Below, in pieces: positions 18,714-29,801 of a stretch of DNA of 64,000 bases. The stretch spans positions 224,001 to 288,000 of the forward strand of contig CBDBHR010000029.1 in the NCBI GenBank assembly GCA_965205865.1. The letters run 5' to 3'. The DNA is from a bacterium (GTDB lineage: Bacteria > SAR324 > NAC60-12). The position numbers were made by a program, and so were the translations under genes. Under the pieces are notes generated by a model, which did no database searches, was not told the DNA's origin, and saw only the letters and a list, made by a program, of their open reading frames with translations. Position 1 is the stretch's first letter. Each line of letters opens with the position of its first letter.

Positions 18714-19346
18714 CCTAAGTTGAGCGATTCGTAATAAAAAAAGCTCCCAACCTTGGGAAAAATGTGTTATATTTCAGTGGTTAAAATAAAAAAATTCACA
18801 AAATCTAACACAACCCAACAGGTAGAGAGCTTTATGGGAAAAAATATAACAGTTCAGGATAAAAAGAAACAGATAATTGATGCCAAGCCAACCGATGAAC
18901 ACTTGACAAGTCGTGCCGGATTGGCCTTGTTTGCCCAGTATCTGCAAAGCATTCGGCTGATGCCGATCATCGAAAGGTTGTTTGGTTCGATGCGTAAAAA
19001 TAAAAAAGGAATTGCTGTCTCTGATTTTTTTGTGCAGATCCTCTGTTTTTTCATGGACGGCAGCAGCCGTCATCTCAGTTGGTTCGATCACCTCAAAAGG
19101 GGCGAGGGTTATGCCGCCTTGCTGTCATGCAGTGAGCAAGACCTTGCCTCCTCGCATGCCGTGAAAAGATTTTTTGGAAAGTTCTCTTTTGTACGAGTCT
19201 ACCTGTTTCGTCATCTGCTGCAGATACTGTTTATCTGGAGACTGAAGAAGACTTGTCCAACGGTGATTGTGTTGGGTCTGGATTCGATGGTACTTGATAA
19301 TGATGATGCCCTGAAACGCCATGGTGTCCAGCCGACTTACAAGAAA
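18714..19346 (+). mobile_element. IS1380-family element, left part with truncated transposase
   Basis: LTSRAGLALF, FFMDG, LASSHAVKRFF, LGLDSMVLDNDDA, GVQPTYKK, then similarity ends. Left boundary approximate; likely ATG at 18834. Confidence 0.8.
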
Positions 19347-19362
19347 AGGACAGATGAATTGG

Positions 19363-19530
19363 GGTCAAGAAGGAGAATCCAACTTATTAAAAAAACTCCT
19401 TCAAAAGAAATTTGGTGAAGCCGCGGAATCTTATCAAGCCGTTCTAGCGATTCTCTCCGTTGATTAACTCGAAACACTAGGAGAAAGACTCATCACTCAA
19501 TCGACTTTAGAAGACATTTTTCAAGGGTTT
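19363..19530 (+). pseudogene. DUF4351-like C-terminal domain of the interrupted Rpn-family gene
   Basis: GQEGESNLLKKLLQKKFGEAAESYQAVLAILSVD*LETLGERLITQSTLEDIF, with an internal TAA. Confidence 0.7.
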
Positions 19531-19618
19531 CCCTGGAGTGTATGCTCTCCACCAAAGCTTTCTTCAAATAGGAATTGAAAAGGGCACGCATTTCCCTGTT
19601 CATCGTCGTCGGGGCGCC

Positions 19619-19675
19619 AACATGTTCGGCAACGCGCTGAGAGACCTGCTCGACCCCAGCCTGAGGGGCGGTGAA
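19619..19675 (+). pseudogene. DppC C-terminal fragment
   Basis: NMFGNALRDLLDPSLRGGE. Confidence 0.8.
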
Positions 19676-19914
19676 GCCGCGGAATCTTATCAAACTGGGA
19701 CTCTCTCCGCTATGGAGCCGCTTTAGAAGACAAAGGGTTTCCCTGGAACCAAGGCTAGGAATTGAAATAACCTAAGGACGCCTGACTTCCTAAGACGAAG
19801 AAGGCGCTGTCCAGCGCTGTGGCCGGTCACCGGTGACGAAGTCCAAAACATGATCATTTAGAAAGGTATAGTAACCCGAATTTGGATTGTCCTGGCACAT
19901 TTTTTGGGTGTATG

Positions 19915-20001
19915 TCATCCTCGCGAATACGGGGATCCAGGGTATTGAAACGAACCCTGGATTCCCGGTCCCGGATCAAGTCCGGGATTGCCAGGAATGA
20001 C
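19915..20001. repeat. GTCATCC...GGAATGAC REP-like palindrome
   Basis: Nested stems GGATCCAGGGT...ACCCTGGATTCC and CCCGGATCAAGTCCGGG. Relatives at 15352, 30847, 41027, 54069. Confidence 0.75.
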
Positions 20002-20058
20002 AACCTCGCCAATTTTCATGCCAGGACAAACCTGAATCTGATCACTATAGGTATACTC

Positions 20059-20970
20059 ATGACTGATTTCAAAACAATCACCTCCTCGCTCGAGGAACGG
20101 GGCTTCTGCGTTATCCCGGAATTCCTCAGCCGTGAAGAGATCGACTTCCTCGTGGCAGAATTCGATGCCAGCCCAGACTATTCCCCCCCAACGAAAACCA
20201 AACATGCGGCGCGGCAACTTGGCGATCGGCCAGTTGCCGGTCAAATCGGAGCGCTGCGTGCTAACGCGATGGGACGAAGAGAAACCTTCCAAAGAATAGG
20301 TCCGCGGATGGAAGAATTCGCCCAGGGACTCACCGGAGCCAAGGCCGCGCTCTACCAAATTCTCTATCTCCAGACTCCGGTAACCGATCTTTCCTGTCAT
20401 CAGGATCACGATCACTTCTTCCTGACGGAGTACAATTCGACTCATCTCAATTACTGGATTCCGTTGGTCAAGCCTTCGCGCACCGAGGCGGGACTGCGCG
20501 TCATTCCTTGGGATCGGCTTCGCGAAAAGTCGCCTCGACTCTTCAACCTCTGTCGGCGCTCGGGCGCCAGTAGCCTGTACTCGCTTCGTGACGGGGGGAC
20601 CTTGTACTTTTCCGACTGGAGCGGGGTCCACTACCACGAGGAGAACCTCGAAATCGAGGAGGTCATGGAGACTCCGGAGGTGGGGCCCGGCGACCTACTG
20701 CTGCTGCGCGTCAACACCATCCACGCGACGCAGACGACCGAGGATCGGCGCCTGGCGGTTTCGCTGCGCACCTGCGATCCGGCGACGCCAATCGACTGGC
20801 ATCGAGTGGCCGGTAGTCCCACACCCCGTATGATGCAGTATCTCGGCGGCATGAAGGGGAACCCAGCTCCCAACAAGTTGTTTTTCCCGGTCTTTCAACA
20901 CACCCAGGAAAACGACTTCGGCACCACTTTGGGGGACATCGTGCCGACCCTGACTGGCGAGCGCGACTAG
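20059..20970 (+). CDS. Phytanoyl-CoA dioxygenase (PhyH) family Fe(II)/2OG dioxygenase
   Basis: RGFCVIPEFLS, HQD, NYWIPL, GLRVIP, PGDLLL, IHAT, RRLAVSLR. Start at ATG 20059; the track extension reads through a REP. Confidence 0.8.
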   Translation: MTDFKTITSSLEERGFCVIPEFLSREEIDFLVAEFDASPDYSPPTKTKHAARQLGDRPVAGQIGALRANAMGRRETFQRIGPRMEEFAQGLTGAKAALYQILYLQTPVTDLSCHQDHDHFFLTEYNSTHLNYWIPLVKPSRTEAGLRVIPWDRLREKSPRLFNLCRRSGASSLYSLRDGGTLYFSDWSGVHYHEENLEIEEVMETPEVGPGDLLLLRVNTIHATQTTEDRRLAVSLRTCDPATPIDWHRVAGSPTPRMMQYLGGMKGNPAPNKLFFPVFQHTQENDFGTTLGDIVPTLTGERD

Positions 20971-21285
20971 CTGAGCCGACATTGCCACAGGTTACGGGTC
21001 GGACAGGGAAATTTTGGTTTCACTAAGAAGCAAGGCAAAAAAGATTCATCGGTGGCAGATCAATCAAATAACTGAAGTGGCTGAAAGCCACGGGAAACCT
21101 CTTCCTCATTAAATTTTCAAGAAGATGTGAATTACTTTAATAAGGAGATTTCTCTAAGGGTTGTGGTCAGGCTTGCATATTTGTATTTTTATTCGATAGA
21201 GTTCTTTCCCAAAAAGCAATGGGACCTGGCATGGTTGTCATAAGCAATGAATTGTCGATTTCAAGTGATTACGATCCATACTGTC

Positions 21286-21672
21286 TTATGCCGATATAAA
21301 AAGCCTGGCCAGGATAACCAGAGTCAAGGCCGCATGGATACCCATGACCAATTGAAGAAGTGAAAAGGATTTATCAAAGTTAGTCTTGAAGGAAATAAAA
21401 TCATTTCCGAGAGAAGTCAAATCATTTCCGAGAGAAGTCAAATCACTCTTGAGAGAAGTCAAATCACTCCTGAGAGAAGTCAAATCATTTCCGAGAGAAG
21501 TCAAATCACTCCTGAGAGAAGTCAAATCATTTCCGAGAGAAGACAAGTCTTCCTTTGTCGCTATTTGCGCATCCGAGTGAGAAATTACCGTAACAAGAGC
21601 CTCTGCTTGTTTTTCATTGAATCCGGATGACTTCAATTCCTGAATTGTTGCATGCGTGTCAAGTGTGTACAT
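21286..21672 (-). CDS. DUF1640/CCDC90-like coiled-coil protein with C-terminal TM helix
   Basis: LDTHATIQELKSSGFNEKQAEAL...IATKEDL head, heptad stalk, hydrophobic C-terminus. Confidence 0.8.
   Translation of the reverse strand: MYTLDTHATIQELKSSGFNEKQAEALVTVISHSDAQIATKEDLSSLGNDLTSLRSDLTSLGNDLTSLRSDLTSLKSDLTSLGNDLTSLGNDFISFKTNFDKSFSLLQLVMGIHAALTLVILARLFISA
21398..21544. repeat. Seven tandem 21-bp coding repeats (one heptad each)
   Basis: AAATCA(TTTCC/CTCCT/CTCTT)GAGAGAAGTC x7, encoding DLTSLGN/DLTSLRS/DLTSLKS. Confidence 0.97.
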
Positions 21673-21933
21673 GGTTGTTCCCTTCAATGCTTCAATTCAC
21701 ACCTTATACTTGCTTAGACCTTAACACGCCCGAAATCCTTGTGTCAACAGCGATTTTTTGACAATTGGTCGGCTGGTGAAGCCGTATCAGGCCAAAAATT
21801 CACGTAGGAGTTGACGAGCAAGAAAACCTTACCGGGCGCGTCACAAATTCAACCGCAAGATAGATCACGATAAAGAGTCAATCTTGACCCATAAGTCCAT
21901 AAATGAGCCTTGGGATCTCGTAGACAAGAGTGG

Positions 21934-23115
21934 TTAATAGACTTCAAACAAACCGGCAGCGCCCATACCGCCCCCGATACACATGGTGCAAACCACATAG
22001 CGGGCGCCACGACGTTTTCCTTCGATGAGCGCATGGCCTACCATACGCGCACCACTCATGCCGTAGGGATGCCCGATGGAGATGGCTCCCCCGTTGACAT
22101 TGAGCAGTTCATTGGGAATACCCAACCTGTCCCGGCAATAGAGGACTTGCACGGCAAAGGCTTCGTTTAATTCCCACAGATCGATGTCGTCGATGGTCAG
22201 CCCATTTCTCTCCAGTAACTTTGGCACCGCAAAAACAGGCCCAATTCCCATTTCATCAGGCTCGCAGCCTGCCACGGCAAGACCTAGGTACGCCCCCAGG
22301 GGTTTCAAACCCTTTTGTTCTGCCAATTTACTCTCCATCAAAACGGTCGCGGAAGCGCCATCTGACAACTGACTGGCATTGCCTGCAGTGATCCTGCCTC
22401 CCTCGTAAACCGGTTTCAATGACAGCAATCCTTCCATGCTGGTTTCCGGGCGGTTGCCTTCATCGTTTTCCAGAAGGGATTTGGTCTTTACTGTTTCTTC
22501 AGATTTTTTATTGAAAACGACCTTGGTGGTAAGAAGCGGGACGATTTCATCGTCCAATTTTCCTTCTGCCTGGGCAGCAGCAGTTCTTTTTTCGCTTTGC
22601 AGGGCAAATTCGTCTTGAGCTTCCCGGGTGATTTGGTAGCGTTTGCCCACGACTTCTGCCGTATCTATCATAGGCATGTAAGCATGTTCGGCAATCCTGA
22701 GCACATTCGGATCCTGGGACCTGTATCTGTTCATGTGGTTATTCTGAACCAGGCTGATCGATTCCAGACCTCCACCAATGGCGATGGGAACGCCATCATT
22801 TATGATTTGCTTGGCGGCAGTTGCAATAGCCATCATCCCTGAGGAGCATTGTCGGTCGATGCTCATTCCCGAAGTGGTGACCGGCAATCCGGCTACCAAG
22901 GCACTGGTCCGTCCGATATTGAATCCGGAAGTCCCCTGCTGCATGGCGCAGCCCATGATCACATCGTCCACTTCTTCGGGTTCGATTCCTGCCCGTTTGA
23001 TCGCTTCCCGGATCACATGTCCTCCCAAGGTAGGAGCATCGGTGTCATTGAAAGCTCCTCGATAGGCCTTACCAATCGGTGTTCTGGCTGTTGAAACAAT
23101 CACTGCGTCTTTCAT
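21934..23115 (-). CDS. Acetyl-CoA C-acyltransferase (thiolase)
   Basis: [31 protein letters not shown]. Start ATG 23115. Confidence 0.95.
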   Translation of the reverse strand: MKDAVIVSTARTPIGKAYRGAFNDTDAPTLGGHVIREAIKRAGIEPEEVDDVIMGCAMQQGTSGFNIGRTSALVAGLPVTTSGMSIDRQCSSGMMAIATAAKQIINDGVPIAIGGGLESISLVQNNHMNRYRSQDPNVLRIAEHAYMPMIDTAEVVGKRYQITREAQDEFALQSEKRTAAAQAEGKLDDEIVPLLTTKVVFNKKSEETVKTKSLLENDEGNRPETSMEGLLSLKPVYEGGRITAGNASQLSDGASATVLMESKLAEQKGLKPLGAYLGLAVAGCEPDEMGIGPVFAVPKLLERNGLTIDDIDLWELNEAFAVQVLYCRDRLGIPNELLNVNGGAISIGHPYGMSGARMVGHALIEGKRRGARYVVCTMCIGGGMGAAGLFEVY

Positions 23116-23561
23116 TTTTTTCCTTTGACTTTGTATGGAAGTTGTTTGAGTTTGACGGGTAACCTGCTTCTGCCAGAAAAAAATTGAGTTGAGTTTCAAT
23201 AGTTAGAAAGGCAGCAAAGTGAGGCATTTTTAAAAAAAATATTGCGTTCAATTTATTGAATAATCAAAATTGATCAAGTTATTTAATCGCATCGAGTCTG
23301 GTTCTCCGCAGCTTTTTGAGTAACTGATCGTTCCCTCACTTTGCGTCTCTTTGGAGCGAGAAGCGTCGAATCGGCAATTGCAAGCAAAGCATGGGATCGA
23401 TTCAAATACCCGGTAGCGTGTTGGCGGGGGATGTTTTTTATTCCGTCATTTCCACCAATATGCAACGGATGATTTGAAAGAGCTTGTGATTTCGTACAAT
23501 ACCCATTAAAGCAAACATCTATTGAAAAAAATAATCTCAACAGAACTCTCCCCAGGACAAA

Positions 23562-24098
23562 ATGGCTTCCCAATCGAATGCACGGATTCTTCCTTTTCAA
23601 GGCGCCCGGCCCCGAATTGCGGCAGATGCTTTTATTGCCGGTAATGCGGTCATAATCGGAAATGTAGAAATTGGCTCCCAATCCGGAATTTGGTTTGGAT
23701 GCGTCCTGCGCGGAGATGTCAATGATATACGTATTGGAGAACGTACCAATATCCAAGATGGTACTATTATTCATGTTTCCCATGGAAATCAGGGGACTTA
23801 CCTGGGAAATGACGTAACAGTGGGACACATGGTGCTCTTGCACGCCTGTACGATCGAGGACCGCGCCTTCATCGGGATGAAAGCATGCCTGTTGGATAAT
23901 GTTTATGTGGAGCAAGGCGGGATGGTTGCTGCCGGCTCTCTGGTAACTCCTGGCAAGAGAGTCCGCTCCGGAGAATTGTGGATGGGAAATCCTGCACGAT
24001 GCAAAAGAATGCTCACGGAAGAAGAAAAAATCGGCTTTGGCAAAACGGCGCCCCACTATGTCGAGTTGGCCGGGCAATACTTGCAGCCCCATTTATAG
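23562..24098 (+). CDS. Gamma carbonic anhydrase family protein (YrdA-like)
   Basis: LRGD, TNIQDG, IH, VGH, LHAC hexapeptide-repeat motifs. Confidence 0.9.
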   Translation: MASQSNARILPFQGARPRIAADAFIAGNAVIIGNVEIGSQSGIWFGCVLRGDVNDIRIGERTNIQDGTIIHVSHGNQGTYLGNDVTVGHMVLLHACTIEDRAFIGMKACLLDNVYVEQGGMVAAGSLVTPGKRVRSGELWMGNPARCKRMLTEEEKIGFGKTAPHYVELAGQYLQPHL

Positions 24099-24156
24099 CG
24101 AGTTCGATTCAACTCGACTCAAATGACCTTTTACCCCGTGGGGTTGCAGTATTTCT

Positions 24157-25932
24157 CTATAAATTCAAATCCGTGACTGCACCCAGAGAGGCGTTGCTGA
24201 CGGTTTTGGCATATTTAGCAAGAATGCCTTTTGTGTAGCGAGGTTGCGGACGCTTCCAGGCTTTCAAACGTCTTTTCAAGTCGGCTGCGGAAATATCGAG
24301 ATTCAGTTGCCGTTTTTTTGCGTCAATGGTGATTTGATCTCCATCCTCAATGATGGCAATCGGACCTCCTTCAATAGCTTCCGGCGTGATATGGCCCAGC
24401 ACAAAACCGTGACTTCCTCCGGAAAAACGCCCATCGGTGATCAAGGCCACATCGTTGCCCAGTCCCCTGCCCATCACTGCCGAGGTAGGCGCCAGCATTT
24501 CCCGCATGCCAGGGCCCCCTTTCGGACCTTCGTAACGGATGACAATCACGTCACCTTTTTGCACCGTGCCATCCAAGATTCGCTGCATCGCATTTTCCTC
24601 CGAATCGAAACAGCGGGCATTGCCCACAAAACTTTCTCCTTCCTTTCCGGAAATTTTCCCCACTGCGCCTTCAGCAGCCAGGTTGCCGTTGAAGATCACC
24701 AGATGGCTATCGTTCTTGATGGGATTCTTAAACGAATAGATCACTTTCTGTCCCCTGGGGTAAGCCTTCACGCCCTTCAGATTTTGTGACACGGTCAGGC
24801 CGGTGACCGTCATGCAATCTCCATGAAGTAGCTTGGCATCGAGCAGCATTTTCATCAAGGGTTGCAGGCCGCCAATATTGATCAAGTCATTCATCACAAA
24901 TTTTCCACTGGGCTTCAAATCGGCCAATACCGGGACTCGTCGTCCAATCCTGGTAAAATCGTCGATTTTCAAGGAAACGCCCATGGTATGCGCCATGGCC
25001 AGCAAATGAAGCACCGCATTGGTTGACCCTCCCAGGGTAATGACTATTGTGATGGCATTCTCAAAGGCTTTTTTGGTCATGATATCCACAGGGCGGATGC
25101 CCTGTTTGATCAGCTTCATCACGGCTGCTCCGGCCTGGCGACATTCCTGAGCTTTGGCGAGGGAAATAGCGGAGGCTGCGGAGCTGTTGGGCAGACTCAT
25201 GCCCATGGCTTCAATAGCCGACGCCATCGTATTGGCCGTGTACATTCCACTGCATGAACCCGGACCGGGAATAGCACTCGATTCAACGGCGCTCAACTCT
25301 TGTTCGTTGATCTTTTTACTGGCAAATTGACCTACCGCTTCAAAAATGGAAATAATGTCCACGTCTTGGTTTTGGTATTGACCCGGCATGATAGTACCCC
25401 CGTACACAAAAACAGAAGGCCGGTTCAGCCTCGCCAAAGCCATCAGGCAGCCTGGCATGTTTTTGTCACATCCTCCGATTGCGACGACACCGTCATAACC
25501 CTGACATCCCACCACCGTTTCAATCGAATCGGCAATCACTTCCCGGGAAACCAGGGAATATTTCATCCCTTCGGTTCCCATGGAAATGCCATCGGAAATG
25601 GTGATAGTATTGAATTGGTTCGACTTGCCACCAGCGCGATCCACCCCTTTTGCCGCAAAGCCGGCCAGCTCGTTTATGTGCATATTGCAGGGAGTGACCA
25701 TTCCCCAGGTAGAAGCAATGCCGACTTGGGATTTTTTGAAATCGGATTTTTTAAAGCCCATCGCGTACAACATACCCCGACTCGCTGCCCGCTCGTATCC
25801 ATCGAGCACGATTGCAGAATGTTTCCGTTCCAATGAAACGGGTGAGGCAGGTTCTTTCTTTGCCGGGTTTTTTTGAGAAGAGGTCACTTTGGAGGATTGA
25901 GTTTTTACAGTGGACGGTTTTGTTTTCGGCAT
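24157..25932 (-). CDS. ilvD: Dihydroxy-acid dehydratase
   Basis: [48 protein letters not shown]. Confidence 0.97.
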   Translation of the reverse strand: MPKTKPSTVKTQSSKVTSSQKNPAKKEPASPVSLERKHSAIVLDGYERAASRGMLYAMGFKKSDFKKSQVGIASTWGMVTPCNMHINELAGFAAKGVDRAGGKSNQFNTITISDGISMGTEGMKYSLVSREVIADSIETVVGCQGYDGVVAIGGCDKNMPGCLMALARLNRPSVFVYGGTIMPGQYQNQDVDIISIFEAVGQFASKKINEQELSAVESSAIPGPGSCSGMYTANTMASAIEAMGMSLPNSSAASAISLAKAQECRQAGAAVMKLIKQGIRPVDIMTKKAFENAITIVITLGGSTNAVLHLLAMAHTMGVSLKIDDFTRIGRRVPVLADLKPSGKFVMNDLINIGGLQPLMKMLLDAKLLHGDCMTVTGLTVSQNLKGVKAYPRGQKVIYSFKNPIKNDSHLVIFNGNLAAEGAVGKISGKEGESFVGNARCFDSEENAMQRILDGTVQKGDVIVIRYEGPKGGPGMREMLAPTSAVMGRGLGNDVALITDGRFSGGSHGFVLGHITPEAIEGGPIAIIEDGDQITIDAKKRQLNLDISAADLKRRLKAWKRPQPRYTKGILAKYAKTVSNASLGAVTDLNL

Positions 25933-25993
25933 GGATTTTTCCTTATTTGTTCATATATGGGGAAATGAAACTCCTCAACATTTCCACGAAAAA

Positions 25994-26705
25994 TCAGGCT
26001 AACACAGTTTGGGCTTCACACAAGCGAGTTGCCAGATTGATCCCCTGGGGGCAAGCCGTTGAGGCTTGTGCCAAATCCATTTGATCGAAGCGGCGGGATT
26101 CTGGGGGAATACTCCGGAACAACTCACGTGCCTGTTCTTTTTTCTCATAGCATTCATAGTACATGAGAAAACGCAGGGAATCGGCAATGGCTGCTTGGTT
26201 TCCCACAACCGTCTCGCAGAACTGTGAGCAACCGTTGCAGGCATGTCCCGCAGTCAGTGCCGCTAATTGATTCAATTGATGCCATTCGTTGGCAGAGAGC
26301 AGTTTTTCGGTTTTGGCGGCAGCAATGTTTTCCCGTACCACTCGGATGCTATCCATTTCTGAGACGATTGCATCGACGCGCTCGTCTGCCCAAACAGATT
26401 TCAGTTTTGCTTGTCCCAGTGTGAATTCCTCTGAACGAAACTGCGCCACGGATTCCAGATTACTCGGAACTGAAGCATTGGTTTTCATGGCAATCAATCC
26501 GATCCCTGCTTTTTTACAGGCATCCATTGCGCGATTCAATTCCAAGTCGCCATAGCGCCGAAAATTATAACGGAAGAGGATGGCATCAATGCCTCCTACT
26601 CGTGCGGCTTTGGTCAAAAGTTCCACGACGTTGCCATTGTGGCAGGAAAATCCGAAAAATCTGGTTTTTCCGGACTGTCTCAATTTGTCCCCAAGGCGCA
26701 GAGCA
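25994..26705 (-). pseudogene. Aldo/keto reductase with C-terminal Fe-S motif, 5'-truncated
   Basis: GKTRFFGFSCH, GIGLIAMK, CNGCSQFC...CPQ. Sequence upstream of LRLGDKL is not AKR-like and the N-terminal catalytic region is missing. Confidence 0.7.
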
Positions 26706-26936
26706 GGATGATTCCGGAAATATTTTCCACGAAGGGAATATGTTTGCGTAAGACTCTTCTTTTTTTGGAAGTGAAAACACGATCTTGGGCCATTTTTATC
26801 ACTCGTAGAACTATGGTGCTCGTCGAAACCAAGCCTTTCCCGGCGTGTCAACCGGCTAAGCCAGCGTCTCCAACTTTAACCTATGTACTGCTTGGGAACA
26901 AACCTTAAATAACCTGTAATTATTCCAATGGTGTGA

Positions 26937-27019
26937 GCAAAATTGGGGGACACATGTACACCGCTGCGCATCCCAACTCTACTGTTTTATGCCTGCTGTT
27001 ACGTGTCCCCTAATTTTGC
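26937..27019. repeat. Inverted repeat GCAAAATTGGGGGACAC...GTGTCCCCTAATTTTGC
   Basis: 17-bp arms with one mismatch around a 49-bp spacer. Confidence 0.7.
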
Positions 27020-27205
27020 GTATCCATACTTCTAACTTATTTAAATTTCATTCCTTAATTAAACCATGGATCAAATACCTTCTCCGGAACGCAGTAGCGG
27101 AATTCTCTTCAACGTCTATCCGGTACTGGCAACATACTTGGCAATTCATAAAATCATCCAATCAGCAAAAAAGGGTTGGACAATCCGGAAAATCAAGACT
27201 GGAAT

Positions 27206-27559
<354 letters not shown>

Positions 27560-27586
27560 TCAACAGGTTCAGGATGGATATTTTTT

Positions 27587-28519
27587 ATGGATCAAAGGGA
27601 ACTGTCACGAATCATAAGTCAATATGGTATCTACTTGCAAGTTGAAAAAGGATTTCAACCTGGAACCTATCATGTGTACCTGAGCAACGTACGATTCTTT
27701 TTCACATTTTGTTGCAAGTGTCACGACAAGTTATTTTTATCGGATGACTGGAGACTGTCGGATATTGGGGTGCGGGAACTGGAATTTTTTTTTCGAGAAC
27801 ATTTGCGAGTACGCCACTGGAAGGTCAACACGGTGATTTCCTATCTCACCAGCATTCGTTCATTTTTTCGTTTTTTGCAGGAAAACTCATACCTGAAAAA
27901 AAACCCGATTCGCAATTACACGATGCAAGAGAATGCGCGGGAGTTGGTGATTGCCAATATCACGGAATCAGAAATCCGGCAACTGTTCCAAGAGCCACCA
28001 GAACCAAGTTTTGAAGGTTATCGCAATCGTCTGATGCTGGAACTGTTTTACGGACTGGGTATCACGCCAAGCAAACAAATCCGCATCGTCCAGGTCCGGT
28101 TGGATGAAACGAGACAAACAGTGCGGATCACCTCAGGTCAGCAAACGCGGATGTTGCCGATTGCCAAACCGGCTATGGAAGTCTTGAAGCAGTATCAGGT
28201 AGCGCGCCAAGTAATCATTGACCACAGTGGACAGCCAAGCTCATCTTTTTTAATCAACGAATCCGGAAAGAAGCTGACACGTAAGAGAATGATTGAAGCG
28301 TTTAAAAAGGAATTGGCAAGAATTGGCTTGGTGGGTGAACATGCGCAAATTTTGCGAAATCTGTCCACCAAACATTTTGCGGAACATGGCGCTGATGTGC
28401 GCTCTCTGCAAACCCAAAGGGATATGCAGTCTTTTCACAGGCTGGATCTTTTTAAAGATGAATCCTTCGAAACCATGCTGATCCAATTCAAAAAAATGCA
28501 CCTGCGGGAATCATCCTAG
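27587..28519 (+). CDS. XerC/XerD-like tyrosine recombinase homolog with degenerate active site
   Basis: N-terminal SAM-like domain (YLQVEKG...SIRSFFRFL...NP), RNRLMLELFYGLG, GADVRSLQ, C-terminal HLRE. Start ATG 27587. Confidence 0.85.
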   Translation: MDQRELSRIISQYGIYLQVEKGFQPGTYHVYLSNVRFFFTFCCKCHDKLFLSDDWRLSDIGVRELEFFFREHLRVRHWKVNTVISYLTSIRSFFRFLQENSYLKKNPIRNYTMQENARELVIANITESEIRQLFQEPPEPSFEGYRNRLMLELFYGLGITPSKQIRIVQVRLDETRQTVRITSGQQTRMLPIAKPAMEVLKQYQVARQVIIDHSGQPSSSFLINESGKKLTRKRMIEAFKKELARIGLVGEHAQILRNLSTKHFAEHGADVRSLQTQRDMQSFHRLDLFKDESFETMLIQFKKMHLRESS

Positions 28520-28622
28520 CTCATGATCTTCCTTCTCCGAAGCCTGGTCCTCCATGGAAGCCGCCCGTTTTGTTGAATTTCTTTTAGAAGTCCCCTTACG
28601 CAACCACAAACAATTAACATCC

Positions 28623-29729
28623 TTAATAACATCCCATCATAGTTTCTTCCGCCAACATATCAACGATAGACTCCAAACTACCCGTTTCTTCGAATTTACG
28701 AAGTTGGCGGTCTGCGCTGCTACCTTCTTGGAGGATGGTGCGAATGTATTCTATTTCCTGGCGTGTCCCTAATTCATCGACCACATCGTCAATCAATTCC
28801 AGCAATTCTTCCATCAAAAATCGCAGTGGAACTTCTTTCTCCTTACCAAAATCGATTAATTTTGCATCCAAACCGTCTCTGAGGGCTCTCCATTTGTTTT
28901 CTGCAATGAGACTGGGACGATAAAGCCGCCAAGTTTGATTCTTTTCGCGCAACTGGATCAATTTTGCAACCAAGGTTTGAATCAAAGCTGCGATGGCAAT
29001 TACTTCATCGATTTTGGTGGTGCAGTCACAGACGCGAAATTCGAGGGTTGGAAAGTTAGGGTGTGGACGGATGTCCCACCAGATTTTTGTAGGATCATCA
29101 ATGCAATTGGTTTTGATCAAGGTGTCGATGTGTTTTTCAAAACCTTGATTGGAATCGAAATACTCCGGAAGGCCAGTACGGGGCAAGTCCTCAAAAATAA
29201 CGGTTCGATAGGATTTCAAACCAGTGTTTTGACCCAGCCAAAATGGAGAGGATGTGGAAAGTGCGAAGATATGAGGCAGGGTATAGCACGCTTGGTTCAT
29301 GATATCGATCCGTAAGTCGGGGTCGGGAATTCCGATATGTACGTGCATGCCGAAAATCAGCAATTGCCGACCGAGGATCTGAAAGTCAGCCATCAATCCC
29401 TGATAGCGTTTTTTTTCGGTGATCATCTGGTCTTGCCAGCGGGAAAATGGATGGGTGCCGGCGGCGACAATCTTGCGTCCGTTCTTGTTGGCCGTTTCAC
29501 AAACGATGCTACGTAGCCGGGTGACGTCCTGACGCGCTTCCTTGATGTTGCGGCAAATATTCGTGCACATCTCCACCTGGGACTGGAGCGCCTCGGGTTT
29601 GACCTGGTCCCGGAAAATAAATGTCCCTTTGTCCAGGATTTCAGAAATATAGGAAGTCAATTCCCGTGTTTCCGGGTCGATGATTTGATATTCTTCTTCA
29701 ATTCCAATAGTCAAGTCTTTGATATCCAT
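28623..29729 (-). CDS. Carboxylate-amine ligase (YbdK/GCS2 family)
   Basis: TIGIEEEY, AAGTHPFS, FGMHVHIG, SSPFW, WWDIRP, EFRVCD, ENKWRA. Confidence 0.92.
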   Translation of the reverse strand: MDIKDLTIGIEEEYQIIDPETRELTSYISEILDKGTFIFRDQVKPEALQSQVEMCTNICRNIKEARQDVTRLRSIVCETANKNGRKIVAAGTHPFSRWQDQMITEKKRYQGLMADFQILGRQLLIFGMHVHIGIPDPDLRIDIMNQACYTLPHIFALSTSSPFWLGQNTGLKSYRTVIFEDLPRTGLPEYFDSNQGFEKHIDTLIKTNCIDDPTKIWWDIRPHPNFPTLEFRVCDCTTKIDEVIAIAALIQTLVAKLIQLREKNQTWRLYRPSLIAENKWRALRDGLDAKLIDFGKEKEVPLRFLMEELLELIDDVVDELGTRQEIEYIRTILQEGSSADRQLRKFEETGSLESIVDMLAEETMMGCY

Positions 29730-29801
29730 ACCGCCTTCTCCCCTTTTCAAGCATTCACACTACGCAATTCAGCAGTGTGAGTGATTCACTTTGATCTACC
29801 T

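Noticed and set aside
15414-20970. DGR template/variable repeat pair
   Set aside because: Mismatches (G/A, T/C, T/G, A/C, G/C) are not confined to adenines of either copy, and no reverse transcriptase is present.
21398-21544. CRISPR or iteron array
   Set aside because: No spacers; the units are in-frame heptads inside a CDS.
23283-24092. 269-aa minus-strand ORF
   Set aside because: Antisense shadow of the gamma carbonic anhydrase gene.
27587-28519. Integron integrase or prophage integrase
   Set aside because: No IntI insertion, attC array, tRNA or phage genes nearby, and the catalytic residues are absent.
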